Assembly: GCA_963790875.1 (NCBI GenBank)
Contig: CAWBQT010000008.1
Span: 295,792 to 359,791, forward strand
Direction: 5' to 3'
DNA from: an uncultured Alphaproteobacteria bacterium
GTDB lineage: Bacteria; Pseudomonadota; Alphaproteobacteria; ATCC43930; CGMCC-115725
DNA: 64,000 bases
Below are positions 31,001-42,960 of the stretch, piece after piece. Every line of letters starts with the position of its first letter. Position 1 is the first letter of the stretch. Position numbers and translations under genes: made by a program. The notes under the pieces were generated by a model that worked only from the letters and a program-made list of their open reading frames with translations, was not told where the DNA came from and made no database searches.

Positions 31001-31831
31001 ATGGCACAGGTTCAGGACAAGGTGGCGATCGTCACCGGCGGCGCCTCGGGCATCGGCGCAGCGTGCGCGGCAACTTTGGCACGCGAAGGCGCCAAAGTCG
31101 CCGTGACCGATATCGACGATGTGCGGGGCAAGGAGCTGGCGGCTAGGATCGCGGCGTCCGGCGGCGAAACGGTCTACCTGAACCAGGACGTGACCGACGA
31201 GGCGCGCTGGCCGGAGGTGGTTGCCGAAATCGAAAGTCGCTATGGGCGGCTCGACATTCTGGTGGCGAATGCCGGCATCGGCATCATGGTGCCGTCGATC
31301 GTCGACATGAGCCTCGCCGATTGGCGCCGTCAGACCGCGGTCAACCTCGACGGCGTCTTCCTGTCGGTAAAGTACGGCCTACCGCTGATGCGCCGCTCGG
31401 GCGGCGGCTCGATCATCATGACCTCGTCGATCGCCGGGTTGCGCGGCGGGGCGACACTCGCCGGCTACTGCGCCACAAAGGGTGGGGTGAGACTGTTCGC
31501 CAAGGCGATCGCAATGGAGTGCGCATCGCGGAGCGACGGCATACGGGTCAATACGGTGCACCCAGGGATCATCGATACCCCGATCTGGGGCAAGCTCCGG
31601 CCCGATCTCGCGGGCGGCGGCCGCAACGCGCCGATCGATGTCGACGAGATGGGGCGCCTCGGGGCGCCGCTCGGGCGCGTCGGCACGCCACAGGACATTG
31701 CCAATGGCGTGCTGTTTCTCGCTTCGGATGCGGCGAGCTATATCACCGGCACCGAACTCGTCATCGACGGCGGCATCACCGGCGGCGCCATCGCACGCAG
31801 TGGTCCCCTGGCCCCGAGCCCGGGCACCTGA
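31001..31831 (+). CDS. SDR family oxidoreductase
   Basis: VTGGASGIGAA, NAGIG, YCATKGGV. RBS-like ggagg upstream. 276 aa. Confidence 0.9.
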   Translation: MAQVQDKVAIVTGGASGIGAACAATLAREGAKVAVTDIDDVRGKELAARIAASGGETVYLNQDVTDEARWPEVVAEIESRYGRLDILVANAGIGIMVPSIVDMSLADWRRQTAVNLDGVFLSVKYGLPLMRRSGGGSIIMTSSIAGLRGGATLAGYCATKGGVRLFAKAIAMECASRSDGIRVNTVHPGIIDTPIWGKLRPDLAGGGRNAPIDVDEMGRLGAPLGRVGTPQDIANGVLFLASDAASYITGTELVIDGGITGGAIARSGPLAPSPGT

Positions 31832-31869
31832 ACGAACGGGCCGACGTCATCGCATCTGCGTCCGGGCGG

Positions 31870-33252
31870 TCAAGAAGCGGAGCGAGGCCCGGCAGATCGA
31901 CTAGACTGGCTTGGCCCGCGCTGGTCGCGCGCCAAATTCGGCACCAGGCGCTCGATCGCCGCCAAGCGCTGCTCCAGCCGCGCCAGGTCCTCCGCCGGCA
32001 GCCGCCCCCGGCAGCCTTCGACGACGTGCGCTCCACGCTCGACGATGCGCAGCCGCAGCGCGTCGTTCTCGATGGTCACGGCGACGTCGTTGAGCAACCG
32101 CAAGAGCCGCAGGCTGACGGCCGCATCGTTTGTGGCGTAGGCGCGAATCTGCTCGATCGCCGTGTCCAGCATACCGTCGAGGTCGATCCATGGCAGCACG
32201 ACGCGCAGGACGTGCGGCGGCTTGTACAGGTGGGACTCTGGCGGGAAGCGGCTGACCCAGCGGATCAGGATACGGGCGAGCTGGTCGATGCAGCTGATCG
32301 CCGTGCTCGGGTCATTCACCGCGGGCGAGATCGCACGCAACGCGATGTCGACGATCTGGATGACGCCGAACTCGACGTCCTGCTGCAACGTGCGCATCGG
32401 GCCAATGTCGAACGCACCGGTCAGTTCCACGGCCCGGTCGCGGTCGATCAAGGCGCGGCGGGAGACCATCAGCAGCGGCAAGCCAGCCGGCACGAAGTGG
32501 CCGACTTTTCGGGTGACGCGCAGGTGCAGGCGATGCGTCCGCGCGAACTCGACCAGCCGCGGTGCGTCGACGAAGCGGATGTAGCCCGAGACCTCGTTCA
32601 GGATCGGGAATTCCTGCTCGATCGGCTCCTGCATGACTTGCGCCGGGCGATAGTGGCCGGCGCGCGGATGCGGCATCAGTTCGTCGATCACCAACTCGGT
32701 CTCGCGCGCAATCCGGTCGACGATGTGGTTGACGCTGATCGACCGCGAAATGTGTTGGATGAAGAACAGCAGCCAGCCGACGCAGACGAGCGCCAGCAGC
32801 ATCGCGCCGAGTACCGTCACCACCGGCGCGAACGGATGCGGCATCGAGCGGGCCGCCGGCAGTGCCGCCACGCAGTAGGAGAAGGTGCCGAGAAAGATGC
32901 CGAGCGTCCACTGCGTGCCGCGGTCGCGTACAAAGCTGATCAGGATGCGCGGCGAGAACTGCATCGACGCGAGTGTCAGTGTCATCAGCAGGATGGCGAA
33001 GACGATCGAGACGACTGTCATGATCGACTGGGCGATGACGCCGAGGATCACCTGCGCAACCTGCGGGTCCTCGTGCGAGGGGAACAGCGTCGTCGGCACC
33101 CAGGTTGCGGCGATCGGCGCGGCCTCCTCCAGCGAGGACAGAAGCGCGCCGCACAGGCCGAGGACGACGGCGATCACCAGCGGCCGGATCAGGAAGCCGC
33201 CGCGTAGCGCATAGGCGGCGGCGCGAAGCCGCAAGGGCAGCTGTTTCCACAT
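31870..33252 (-). CDS. DUF2254-like membrane protein
   Basis: 460 aa. N-terminal multi-TM region (FLIRPLVIAVVLGLCGALL...; ILISFVRDRGTQWTLGIFLGTF) followed by a soluble domain. Family assignment is from memory. Confidence 0.6.
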   Translation of the reverse strand: MWKQLPLRLRAAAYALRGGFLIRPLVIAVVLGLCGALLSSLEEAAPIAATWVPTTLFPSHEDPQVAQVILGVIAQSIMTVVSIVFAILLMTLTLASMQFSPRILISFVRDRGTQWTLGIFLGTFSYCVAALPAARSMPHPFAPVVTVLGAMLLALVCVGWLLFFIQHISRSISVNHIVDRIARETELVIDELMPHPRAGHYRPAQVMQEPIEQEFPILNEVSGYIRFVDAPRLVEFARTHRLHLRVTRKVGHFVPAGLPLLMVSRRALIDRDRAVELTGAFDIGPMRTLQQDVEFGVIQIVDIALRAISPAVNDPSTAISCIDQLARILIRWVSRFPPESHLYKPPHVLRVVLPWIDLDGMLDTAIEQIRAYATNDAAVSLRLLRLLNDVAVTIENDALRLRIVERGAHVVEGCRGRLPAEDLARLEQRLAAIERLVPNLARDQRGPSQSSRSAGPRSAS

Positions 33253-33449
33253 GGGTTCCTCTCGGCCTCCTCAGTAGTCGGTCACGGCGGCCGAGGGAAC
33301 CGATTCCGGAGCAGCGGCAGGAACGGCCTATGAGACGCACCGGCGTCCAGCGATAGCGTTCGACAAGGCGCTGCTGCAGGCCGAATTCGCCGTCAGCGTC
33401 GATTATGACGATGCAGTCGGCGCGGGCAATTCACGAATCATCGCGTGGC

Positions 33450-33798
33450 TGCCCCTCACCCCGGCCTCTCCCCGCTCGCGCGGCTTCGGTATTCACGGAT
33501 CTACAGCGCACTCCCGCCCCCTCGATGGGGGCGGGTTAGGGTGGGGGTGACGCCGCCTGGAAGTGTTCGGCCGGCGATGCTGTGATCGGCGGTGGCCCGT
33601 TCGTGCTGCCGTTCGTCCTATGCAGCGCCGGCGCTCACCCCCTCCCAAACCCTCCCCCATCAAGGGGGCGGGCTTGCCGACGCGACGGGGCTACTTCCGT
33701 AACCAATTGGTGACATGAAAGAAATTGTGTGAAGCCCGTAGGCTCGCGCGGGGCGAGGGAGGGGCCCGCACCAAAAAAGCGCGGGAGGGTGAGGAGGC
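33450..33798. repeat. cluster of GC-rich nested palindromic repeats
   Basis: Inner pair 33514-33552 / 33632-33673 (cccgccccctcgatgggggcgggttagggtgggggtga vs its near reverse complement). Outer pair 33450-33482 / 33742-33798 (cctcaccc...ctccccgc motifs). Confidence 0.75.
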
Positions 33799-33954
33799 CC
33801 ACAGCGACCGCTGCTCGAACTCGTAACGCTGTTCGTCGCTCAACAAGAATTGCGTGAATAAGCTAGCCCTATTGACTGCGAGACCCTCAATCGCCTCGTG
33901 AGGCCAGTCGCTCGGAATAGGCTGACGACGGCTGCAATTGACGGCAGCTGGATT

Positions 33955-34196
33955 AATCCAACCCCGCCCTCTCTGCGCTTCAGGTGACGAACTATTTCAC
34001 TGTCCAGGGCAGTTCGCTGGCCCAGGCGCATCAGCAGGCCATCCAATGGGTTGGACAGCAGGTGCACGCGCAGGCGTCGTTCGTGGGCTATATGGACGCG
34101 TTCTGGCTCCTAATGCTGATCTCGCTCGCGGCCGTGCCGCTCGCGCTGACCCTGCGCAAGGTAAAGCTGGGCGGCGCCGCCCCGCTTGGCCATTGA
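33955..34196 (+). pseudogene. DHA2/EmrB-type MFS transporter C-terminal remnant
   Basis: NPALSALQVTNYFTVQGSSLAQAHQQAIQWVGQQVHAQASFVGYMDAFWLLMLISLAAVPLALTLRK resembles only the extreme C-terminus of EmrB-like pumps. An in-frame stop lies just upstream. Confidence 0.5.
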
Positions 34197-34218
34197 TGAC
34201 AGAAGATTATCCGTATGA

Positions 34219-35892
34219 TCATTCTGCCGCAGACCGCTGCTCGTCGACGCCTCGATCAAAACAAAAGCCTTCATATCCCCTGGCCGCGATCTCATCGCAT
34301 TTCTTCTTGTATGCGCTGACGCCACCGACATACGGCATGAATACGCGAGGCTTGCCGGGGATGTTGGCGCCGACATACCATGAGTTGGCTAGCGGATAGA
34401 GCGTACGATCCGCGACCTCGTTGTTGTGCTGCACCCAGGCGCCCTCGGCACTGTCGGTCGCCTCGATGCGCGAAAAGCCGCGGTTGCGCAGGTACTGTAC
34501 GCAACCGGCAATCCAATCGACGTGTTGCTCGCAGGCCAATATCATCTGACTTTTGACGCCGGGGCTCTGCGGACCCGTAATCATGAATAGGTTCGGAAAG
34601 CCGGCGATCATGATCCCGAGGTAGGTGCACGGTCCGTGCTCCCACTTCCGTCTGATCGACATTCCGGCATCGGTGCGAATATCGATCTCTTTCATCGCCC
34701 CGGTCATGGCATCGAAGCCGGTTGCAAAGACGATCGCATCGAGCGCGTAACCGGCATCGGCCGTGCGCAGTCCGCTCGGTGTAATTTCTGTGATCGGCTT
34801 GCTTCTGATGTCCACCAACGTCACGTTGTCGCGATTGTAGGTCTCGTAGTAATCGGTATCGAGGATCAATCGTTTGGTGCCGATCGGATGATCGTTGGGA
34901 CACAGCAGCTGCGCGGTTGCGGGATTCCTGACGGTAGCGCGGATCTTTTGGCGCACGAACTCCGATGCCGTTTGGTTGGATTCCTTGTTGAGCAGCAGAT
35001 CGGTAAACGAATATAGGAAGCTGATGCTGCCCCCCTCGGCCCATTTCGCCTCGTAGGCTCGCCGCCGTTCCTCCTCGCTTGCTGCGAGGGCGGGCTGCAC
35101 AGGCGGCGGGTAGCCGGCGATTCCGAAAGGGGTGTCGAAGGCGGCGCGGCGGCGCTCCGGGTACTGCGCTTTGTGCGCGCGCTCCCTCGCCCGATCCATC
35201 GGCGCATTGCGCGCGGGCAAGCTGAAATTGGCTGTTCGCTGAAAAACGTATAGATGCTTCACCTGCTTGGCGATGATCGGTATCGACTGGACGCCGGAGG
35301 AGCCCGTCCCAATGACTCCTACGCGCAATCCGGTGAAATCAACTCCTTCATGAGGCCATAAACCGGTATGATAGCACTGCCCCCTAAATCGTTCCAAACC
35401 AGGGTAGTTCGGGGTCCGAGGAGTCGAAAGATTGCCCGTCGCCATTATGCAAAAGCGCGCGGCCGCGGTATGACCTTTATCGGTCTTCACCGTCCAGGTG
35501 TTTGTCTTACTATCGAAGGAAGCTTCCTTGACCCGCGTGTTGAACTCGATGTCACGCTTGAGGTCGAAGCGGTCGGCCACATGGTTGATGTAACGTAGGA
35601 TCTCGGGTTGGGTGCCGTAGCGCTCAGGCCACTGCCATTCCTGCTGCAGCTCGTCGGAAAAGGAATAGGAATATTCCAGGCTTTCGACGTCACAGCGACA
35701 CCCTGGATACCGGTTCCAGTACCAGGTGCCGCCGACCCCGCCGCCGGCCTCAAAGGCGCGGACTTTGAGGCCGAGTTTACGCAGTCGATAAATCGCATAG
35801 AGACCGCCAACTCCAGCGCCGACGATAATTGCATCGAATTTCACTTCGGAGGCGCGTAGCGGCGTTTCGGCTCTCCCGTGAGAAGTGCTCAC
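34219..35892 (-). CDS. Baeyer-Villiger monooxygenase (type I, cyclohexanone monooxygenase-like)
   Basis: IIVGAGVGGLY, GGTWYWNRYPGCRCD, BVMO fingerprint FRGQCYHTGLWP, second Rossmann VIGTGSSG. 557 aa. Confidence 0.92.
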   Translation of the reverse strand: MSTSHGRAETPLRASEVKFDAIIVGAGVGGLYAIYRLRKLGLKVRAFEAGGGVGGTWYWNRYPGCRCDVESLEYSYSFSDELQQEWQWPERYGTQPEILRYINHVADRFDLKRDIEFNTRVKEASFDSKTNTWTVKTDKGHTAAARFCIMATGNLSTPRTPNYPGLERFRGQCYHTGLWPHEGVDFTGLRVGVIGTGSSGVQSIPIIAKQVKHLYVFQRTANFSLPARNAPMDRARERAHKAQYPERRRAAFDTPFGIAGYPPPVQPALAASEEERRRAYEAKWAEGGSISFLYSFTDLLLNKESNQTASEFVRQKIRATVRNPATAQLLCPNDHPIGTKRLILDTDYYETYNRDNVTLVDIRSKPITEITPSGLRTADAGYALDAIVFATGFDAMTGAMKEIDIRTDAGMSIRRKWEHGPCTYLGIMIAGFPNLFMITGPQSPGVKSQMILACEQHVDWIAGCVQYLRNRGFSRIEATDSAEGAWVQHNNEVADRTLYPLANSWYVGANIPGKPRVFMPYVGGVSAYKKKCDEIAARGYEGFCFDRGVDEQRSAAE

Positions 35893-36983
35893 TCGGCCGC
35901 CTCCCGAACCTTGGTTGCGGATTGCGGTTTGAGGCCGGGAAGCACCTCCTTGGCAAAGAGCTTCAAGCCGCGCTCGGCGACCTCGTAAGGCGTGCCGCCG
36001 AAGCGAAAAGCGACGTTCAGTTCGAAATCGCCGATGATCTTCCGTCGCTCTTCGAGGCCCCGCAGGATTTTGTCCGGCGTGCCCCAGCTCGCGGCCTGCA
36101 TGAAGCCGGCCACCGCCCCCTCGAGGCCGCCCTTGCGGGCGATCTCTGCCTTCTGCTGGTAGGCGTCATAGCCCTTCACGGTCTTGAAATGTTCACCCAG
36201 GAACTCGTAGTGATGGAAATTGCTTTCGACGAATTTGCCCTGGTAGCGCCGGGCCTCCTCCTCGGTCTCGGCAAGGTTGGTGCCGCACACGCAGAATTCG
36301 GTCAGCATGACGCGCGGCGGCTCGGTGCCGTGGTATTTGCGGTGCAGTTTGCGGCCGCGCTCGATGGCCGGCAGCCGCATCTGCCACGGCCGGTCAGCGA
36401 ACATGACGATATGCGCGCCGAGCTTGGCGGCAGAATCGATCGAGTCCTCGCTCGACGCCACGGCGTAGATGCGTCCGTCGAAGGAATGCTGTGGCCGCGG
36501 CCGGATCTCGATGCGCGGCTGCTTGTAGAATTTGCCGTCGCCCTCGATGAACCCGGTCTTCAGCGCGTTGACGATCATCGGCGCCGCCTCGTCGAAGCGC
36601 TCGCGCAACTCGTCCATGCTCAGGCGGAAGGCGGCGAACTCCCGCCGGGCAAGGCCGCGCCCGAGGCCGAGGCGAAGCCGGCCCTCGCTCAGCATGTCGA
36701 GGACCGCCGCTTGCTCGGCGACGCGCAACGGGTCATGCCACGGCAGGATGACCGCTGCGGTTCCGAGGTCGATGTCGGGACACAGCGCCGTCAGATACGT
36801 CATCAGCTGGATGTTGTCCGGCACGAAGGAGTAGTCGTTGAAGTGGTGCTCGGCCGACCAGAGGCAGTCGAAGCCGAGATCGGCGGCGAGGCGGGCCAGC
36901 CGGATTTCCTCGTGCCAGACGCGCGCGTCGGAGCAGTTCTCCCAGCCGTAGCTGGCGAACACCATCATCATGCCGACATCCAT
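35889..36983 (-). CDS. LLM-class flavin-dependent oxidoreductase
   Basis: 364 aa. FDCLWSAEHHFNDYS...LGTAAVILPWHDPLRVAEQAAVLDMLSEGRLRLGLGRG. 4-nt overlap with the downstream BVMO. Confidence 0.88.
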   Translation of the reverse strand: MDVGMMMVFASYGWENCSDARVWHEEIRLARLAADLGFDCLWSAEHHFNDYSFVPDNIQLMTYLTALCPDIDLGTAAVILPWHDPLRVAEQAAVLDMLSEGRLRLGLGRGLARREFAAFRLSMDELRERFDEAAPMIVNALKTGFIEGDGKFYKQPRIEIRPRPQHSFDGRIYAVASSEDSIDSAAKLGAHIVMFADRPWQMRLPAIERGRKLHRKYHGTEPPRVMLTEFCVCGTNLAETEEEARRYQGKFVESNFHHYEFLGEHFKTVKGYDAYQQKAEIARKGGLEGAVAGFMQAASWGTPDKILRGLEERRKIIGDFELNVAFRFGGTPYEVAERGLKLFAKEVLPGLKPQSATKVREAAE

Positions 36984-37076
36984 TGACCACTCCTCATTTC
37001 GCTGTGGCGCGCAAGGTTGGGAACGGCTTTGAGAGGCACGCGCCTGATGGCAGGCCGCGGCCGCGACTGCGACGCC

Positions 37077-38718
<1,642 letters not shown>

Positions 38719-38768
38719 GCTGTCATTCCTTGCACTGATGCTTTCGGAAACCCAACGCAACCACACCG

Positions 38769-39683
38769 TCAACCGAGACGCAGTAATCGCACGCTCTCGG
38801 AGAGCCTCGCCGCCGCCGACTGCATCGCGCGGCTGAGCGCCGCCACAACATCGCCGTCGAGGTCGTGAGCGTCCCCGGCCGCCGTCAGGATCAGCAGCAG
38901 CTCCCACGACGGCGACAGAACCGGCACGGACACTTGCGCGATGCCGCGAAACATCGTGCCCCGATCCACCGCGACGCCGGCTTGACGCGCCTCCCTGACC
39001 CGCACCAGGAAATCGGGAAAGGACGGCTTTTGGTACCAGGTCACCTGCGCGAACCGCGCTTCGAGTTCCGCTTCGCCGCTGTTTCCGAACGCGGCCATGA
39101 TGACGCCCGATGCGCCCGCGGGGCCGGAAATCTGGCGCCCTACCGTGAGGTAGAGGTCGGTGCGGACCGCCGCGCCGACCCAGTCGAGCAGCAGCAGAGA
39201 AGACGGTCCCAAGACCTTGGAGAGATAAACCGATACGCCGTGTGCGTCGGAAACCGCGTGCATCAGCGGGCGCGCCAGGTCCATGAGCCCGCTCCGCCGC
39301 AGAACGCCATGTGCGAGTTCGAGAATGTGCAGGCTCACCGAATAGCTGCGCGTCGCATCGTCGTAGCCGACAAAGCCCTCGGCCTGCAGTGTTCGCAGGA
39401 TGTTGTACGCGGTCCCGCGGTGCAGTCCTGCGGCGCGGGCGACCTCGCTCGCATTCAGTGGCCGTTCCGACGCGTGCAGCACCCGGAGAACTTCTGCCGC
39501 CGCGACGACCGCACCGACGGGCTTGCCGGGATGGCCCCGATCCCGACGAGCAACGGCAATACCGCGAGTCGGGCCGTTCGGCTGCCCTTCGCGACCCTTT
39601 GCCTGCACCGTGCCGACCGTTGAACTCGCTGGCGGCCCGTCCATCCTTGCCCACCAAGCACATTGACCCGTACGAAACGACAT
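38769..39683 (-). CDS. IclR family transcriptional regulator
   Basis: wHTH LNASEVARAAGLHRGTAYNILRTLQAEGFV plus a C-terminal effector domain. The start could be 39644. Confidence 0.85.
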   Translation of the reverse strand: MSFRTGQCAWWARMDGPPASSTVGTVQAKGREGQPNGPTRGIAVARRDRGHPGKPVGAVVAAAEVLRVLHASERPLNASEVARAAGLHRGTAYNILRTLQAEGFVGYDDATRSYSVSLHILELAHGVLRRSGLMDLARPLMHAVSDAHGVSVYLSKVLGPSSLLLLDWVGAAVRTDLYLTVGRQISGPAGASGVIMAAFGNSGEAELEARFAQVTWYQKPSFPDFLVRVREARQAGVAVDRGTMFRGIAQVSVPVLSPSWELLLILTAAGDAHDLDGDVVAALSRAMQSAAARLSESVRLLRLG

Positions 39684-39719
39684 GATACCGACAAGCCAGC
39701 ATGTCGCAATAAAAATCGT

Positions 39720-39739
39720 TTGTCTTCCATTGAAGACAA
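39720..39739. promoter_or_regulatory. perfect 8-4-8 palindrome TTGTCTTC-CATT-GAAGACAA in a divergent promoter region (candidate IclR operator)
   Basis: Read directly from the sequence. Lies between the IclR gene (-) and the aminoacylase-like gene (+). Confidence 0.4.
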
Positions 39740-39793
39740 GACAATCGATCCGCGGCGCGACAGCCCTTGCCGGACGAAGCGGAGGAGATAGCG

Positions 39794-41512
39794 ATGCATG
39801 ACCTGGTGATCCGCGGTGCGACCGTCGTCGACGGCCTCGGGCACGAGCCGCTCAAGGCCGACGTCGCTGTCGCAGGCGGCCGCATCGCCGAGATCGGCGT
39901 GGTGGACAAGGACGCCGCCGAGGTGGTTGATGCCGGTGGCCTCACCCTGATGCCGGGCATCATCGACCTGCACACGCATTACGACGCACAGGTCACCTGG
40001 GACCCGACCCTGTCGCCCTCGCCGTCGCTCGGCGTCACGACAGCGATCATGGGTAATTGCGGCTTCGGCATCGTGCCGTCGCCGCCGCCGCTGCGCGATC
40101 TGATCATGCGCAACCTCGCGGTCGTCGAGGGCATGGACCTCGACGCGCTGCGCGCCGGCATCGATTGGCGGTTCCGGTCCTTCGCCGAATACATGACGAT
40201 GCTGTGCCAGCGCGGCCCGTACATGAACCTCGGCGTGCTGGTCGGCCATTCCGCCGTGCGCACGGCAGTAATGGGCGAAGACGCCTCGGTGCGCAAAGAG
40301 CCGACCGCCGCCGAATTCGCCGAAATGAAGCGGCTCGTCGCCGAGGCGATGGATCAGGGCGCGATCGGCCTGGGTGCCTCATACTCGCTGAACCATTCGG
40401 GCTGGGGCGGCGTGCCGATGCCGTCGACGATCAGCGACATCTCGGAATTCGACGCGCTCGTCGGCGCCATGGGCGGACCGGGGCGCGGCGTCGTCGAGCT
40501 CTCCTCGGGCCCGATCATGCCCGACGCGATCGAGGAGATCGCCGCCCGCCATGGCCGGCGCATCTTCATGAGCTCGGCCGTTGCGCTCTACAACGAGCAA
40601 TATCCGGACCGCGCGCTCGGCGTGTTCGACGCTTGCGCCGCGGCCCAGGCGCGTGGCAACGAACTCTACATCCAGATCACCTGTCAGCCGCTGTCGTTCG
40701 ATTTCACCATGGCCAGCGCCTACCCGTTCTACAGCCATCCGACGTTCGACCCGATCAAGGCATACCACCGGGAGCAATTGAAGGCGGTGTTCCGCGATCC
40801 GAGCTTTCGTGACGCCTTTCGCGTCGACCTGCGCAACCCGAAGCCGGGGACCGTGTTCCAGGGCAATTGGCAACGGGTCATCGTCGCCGCACCGGCAAAG
40901 CCCGAGAATGCCGGACTGGCCAACCGCACCGTCGCCGACATTGCGCGTGAAGCGGGGCGCGATCCGCTCGACGTTTTGCTCGACCTCACACTCGATGAGG
41001 ACCTCGACACCGGGCTGATCGGCCGCTTCTTCAACGCCGTCGACGACGGGGTCGAGCCGCTGGTCAAGCACAAGGCCGGGGTGATCGCCCTGTCCGACGC
41101 CGGCGCGCATCTGGTCTATCTCTGCGATGCTGGTTTCGGCCTCTACTTCCTCGGTCATTGGGTGCGCGAGCGCGCCGCGTTCGACCTGCCGGAAGGCGTA
41201 CGGCGCCTGACGAGCCATCAGGCCGGCCTTTACGGCATTCCCGACCGCGGCCGGATCGCAGTCGGCACCTGCGCCGACCTCCTGCTGTTCGATCCCGCTA
41301 CGGTCGGCATCTCCAAATTGCGGCAGGCGAACGATCTGCCTGCGGGCGGGACGCGTACGCTCCGCGATCCGGTCGGCGTGTACGGCGTTTACGTCAACGG
41401 CGTCCGGGTGTTCGACGGCAAGGACTACGTTCGGCTCAGCAAAGGTCCGGGGCAGGTGCTCGATCGGTTTCTGCCGGCCCGCGCGGCGCCGATGGCGCAC
41501 GCCGCACAGTAA
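39794..41512 (+). CDS. N-acyl-D-amino-acid deacylase family amidohydrolase
   Basis: MHDLVIRGATVVDGLG...GGRIAEIG...LMPGIIDLHTHYD...GVTTAIMGNCGFG. 572 aa. Confidence 0.88.
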   Translation: MHDLVIRGATVVDGLGHEPLKADVAVAGGRIAEIGVVDKDAAEVVDAGGLTLMPGIIDLHTHYDAQVTWDPTLSPSPSLGVTTAIMGNCGFGIVPSPPPLRDLIMRNLAVVEGMDLDALRAGIDWRFRSFAEYMTMLCQRGPYMNLGVLVGHSAVRTAVMGEDASVRKEPTAAEFAEMKRLVAEAMDQGAIGLGASYSLNHSGWGGVPMPSTISDISEFDALVGAMGGPGRGVVELSSGPIMPDAIEEIAARHGRRIFMSSAVALYNEQYPDRALGVFDACAAAQARGNELYIQITCQPLSFDFTMASAYPFYSHPTFDPIKAYHREQLKAVFRDPSFRDAFRVDLRNPKPGTVFQGNWQRVIVAAPAKPENAGLANRTVADIAREAGRDPLDVLLDLTLDEDLDTGLIGRFFNAVDDGVEPLVKHKAGVIALSDAGAHLVYLCDAGFGLYFLGHWVRERAAFDLPEGVRRLTSHQAGLYGIPDRGRIAVGTCADLLLFDPATVGISKLRQANDLPAGGTRTLRDPVGVYGVYVNGVRVFDGKDYVRLSKGPGQVLDRFLPARAAPMAHAAQ

Positions 41513-41613
41513 TTCCGGCGCGACAATGACGCGCGATGCCGCTCGATCCGCAGGCCGGGACATTGCTCGTCGGGCGGGCGACGACCTGCTGAACCCTTTA
41601 CCGGAGGATTGTC

Positions 41614-42456
41614 ATGGCCCTCTCCCCGCAACTGCGTCCGCTCGGCGCGACGCTCGGCACCGAAGCGCTCGGGATCGATCTGTCGCGGCCGCTCGACGAG
41701 GCGACATTTGCCTGGATCGCCGATGCCTTCGCTGGTCATGCGGTGCTGGTGTTCCGCGACCAGAACCTCGGCGCCCCCGAGCTCGCCGCATTCGGCCGTC
41801 GCTTCGGCGTGCCGCGCAAGCACGCCTTGGTCAAATACCGACATCCCGAGCATGAGGAAGTGTCGTGGCTGACCAATATCGAGCCGGACGGGAAGATCGA
41901 CTGGTACGGGGTCAAGCGAGCCACCGAGTGGCACACCAACTCGACCTACGAGCCGGAATTGCCGCTGCTGGCGATCCTGCATGCCAAGGAGGTGCCGTCG
42001 GAAAGAGGCGGCACAATGTTCGCCGATATGCGCGCCGCTTATGACGCCCTGCCGCTGGCGATGAAGGAGCGGCTCGCGAGCCTCACTGGCCTGCACGGCC
42101 GCAGCTCGGGCCCGGCCGGCGAGCGGCTTTACGGCGACGACAAGGGCGCGACCGAAAAGGTCTATACCGAACTGCCGCGCCCGGCCGTCGTGCGGCATCC
42201 GGTGACAGGGCAGCCAATCCTGTTCGTCAACCCGATGCACACGCACGGCTTTGCCGGCATGCGCCGCGAGGAGGCCTGGCCGTTGATCGAGGAACTGGCG
42301 GCGCATGCGACACAGGAGCGGTTCGTCTACTATCACCGCTGGCGGGTCGGCGACGTGCTGATGTGGGACGAGCGGGCCACGATGCATCGCGGCGCCGGCG
42401 ATTATCGGCCGGAGGAGCGCCGCATCATGCTGCGTACCATCGTATATCCGCAGTGA
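41614..42456 (+). CDS. TauD/TfdA family Fe(II)/2-oxoglutarate dioxygenase
   Basis: WHTNSTYEPELPLLAILHAKEVPSERGGTMFAD and ...MWDERATMHRG. 280 aa. Confidence 0.88.
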   Translation: MALSPQLRPLGATLGTEALGIDLSRPLDEATFAWIADAFAGHAVLVFRDQNLGAPELAAFGRRFGVPRKHALVKYRHPEHEEVSWLTNIEPDGKIDWYGVKRATEWHTNSTYEPELPLLAILHAKEVPSERGGTMFADMRAAYDALPLAMKERLASLTGLHGRSSGPAGERLYGDDKGATEKVYTELPRPAVVRHPVTGQPILFVNPMHTHGFAGMRREEAWPLIEELAAHATQERFVYYHRWRVGDVLMWDERATMHRGAGDYRPEERRIMLRTIVYPQ

Positions 42457-42671
42457 CAGTCGGCGGAAGACAGCGACAACAAAGGTTCGGAGAACGTCGC
42501 GGGCCTGCTTCGACAGCGGCGTCGGCGGTGCGCCCAATTAACATGCAACGCAGCGAAGATTTTGCAGATCGGGAATCAAGAGCGCGGCCCTGAGTTCGAA
42601 AAAGCAGGCAAGCGACAACCTTGGCGCGCAGCTCGCGCACCGGGCTTACCCCCCGATGCCGCGACCGCCGG

Positions 42672-42944
42672 TCAGGAGGGTGACGGCTGGCGTCTCGTAC
42701 CAGACCGCGATTCCGGCGTGCGCGGCGCAGATCTGGGGGCTTTCGCCACCGCCGCGATGCGATCTGCGCTATCCTTGTCGGCTGCTTCCTTGGCCAGCCG
42801 AAGCGCGCGGAGGCGTGCGGTTTTCTCGGCTGCGGCTTGTTGTGCGGTGGTCGCCTCAACCTGGGAATTGATGGTCTTTCTCGTCTTGAATTGTTCCTCC
42901 GCACGCCGACGGCCTTCCCCGCCCGGCAGGGGTTGCGAACGCAT
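42672..42944 (-). CDS. small conserved hypothetical protein (RLRALRLAKEAAD type)
   Basis: Start MRSQPL preceded by agaggagg. The coiled, charged sequence recalls small Bradyrhizobiaceae proteins. Confidence 0.5.
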   Translation of the reverse strand: MRSQPLPGGEGRRRAEEQFKTRKTINSQVEATTAQQAAAEKTARLRALRLAKEAADKDSADRIAAVAKAPRSAPRTPESRSGTRRQPSPS

Positions 42945-42960
42945 TGATGCGGCCTCCTCT

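Noticed and set aside
33450-33798. Possible CRISPR array (also considered for 15450-15615)
   Set aside because: The repeats are inverted and nested, not direct repeats with regular unique spacers, and there are no cas genes in the window.
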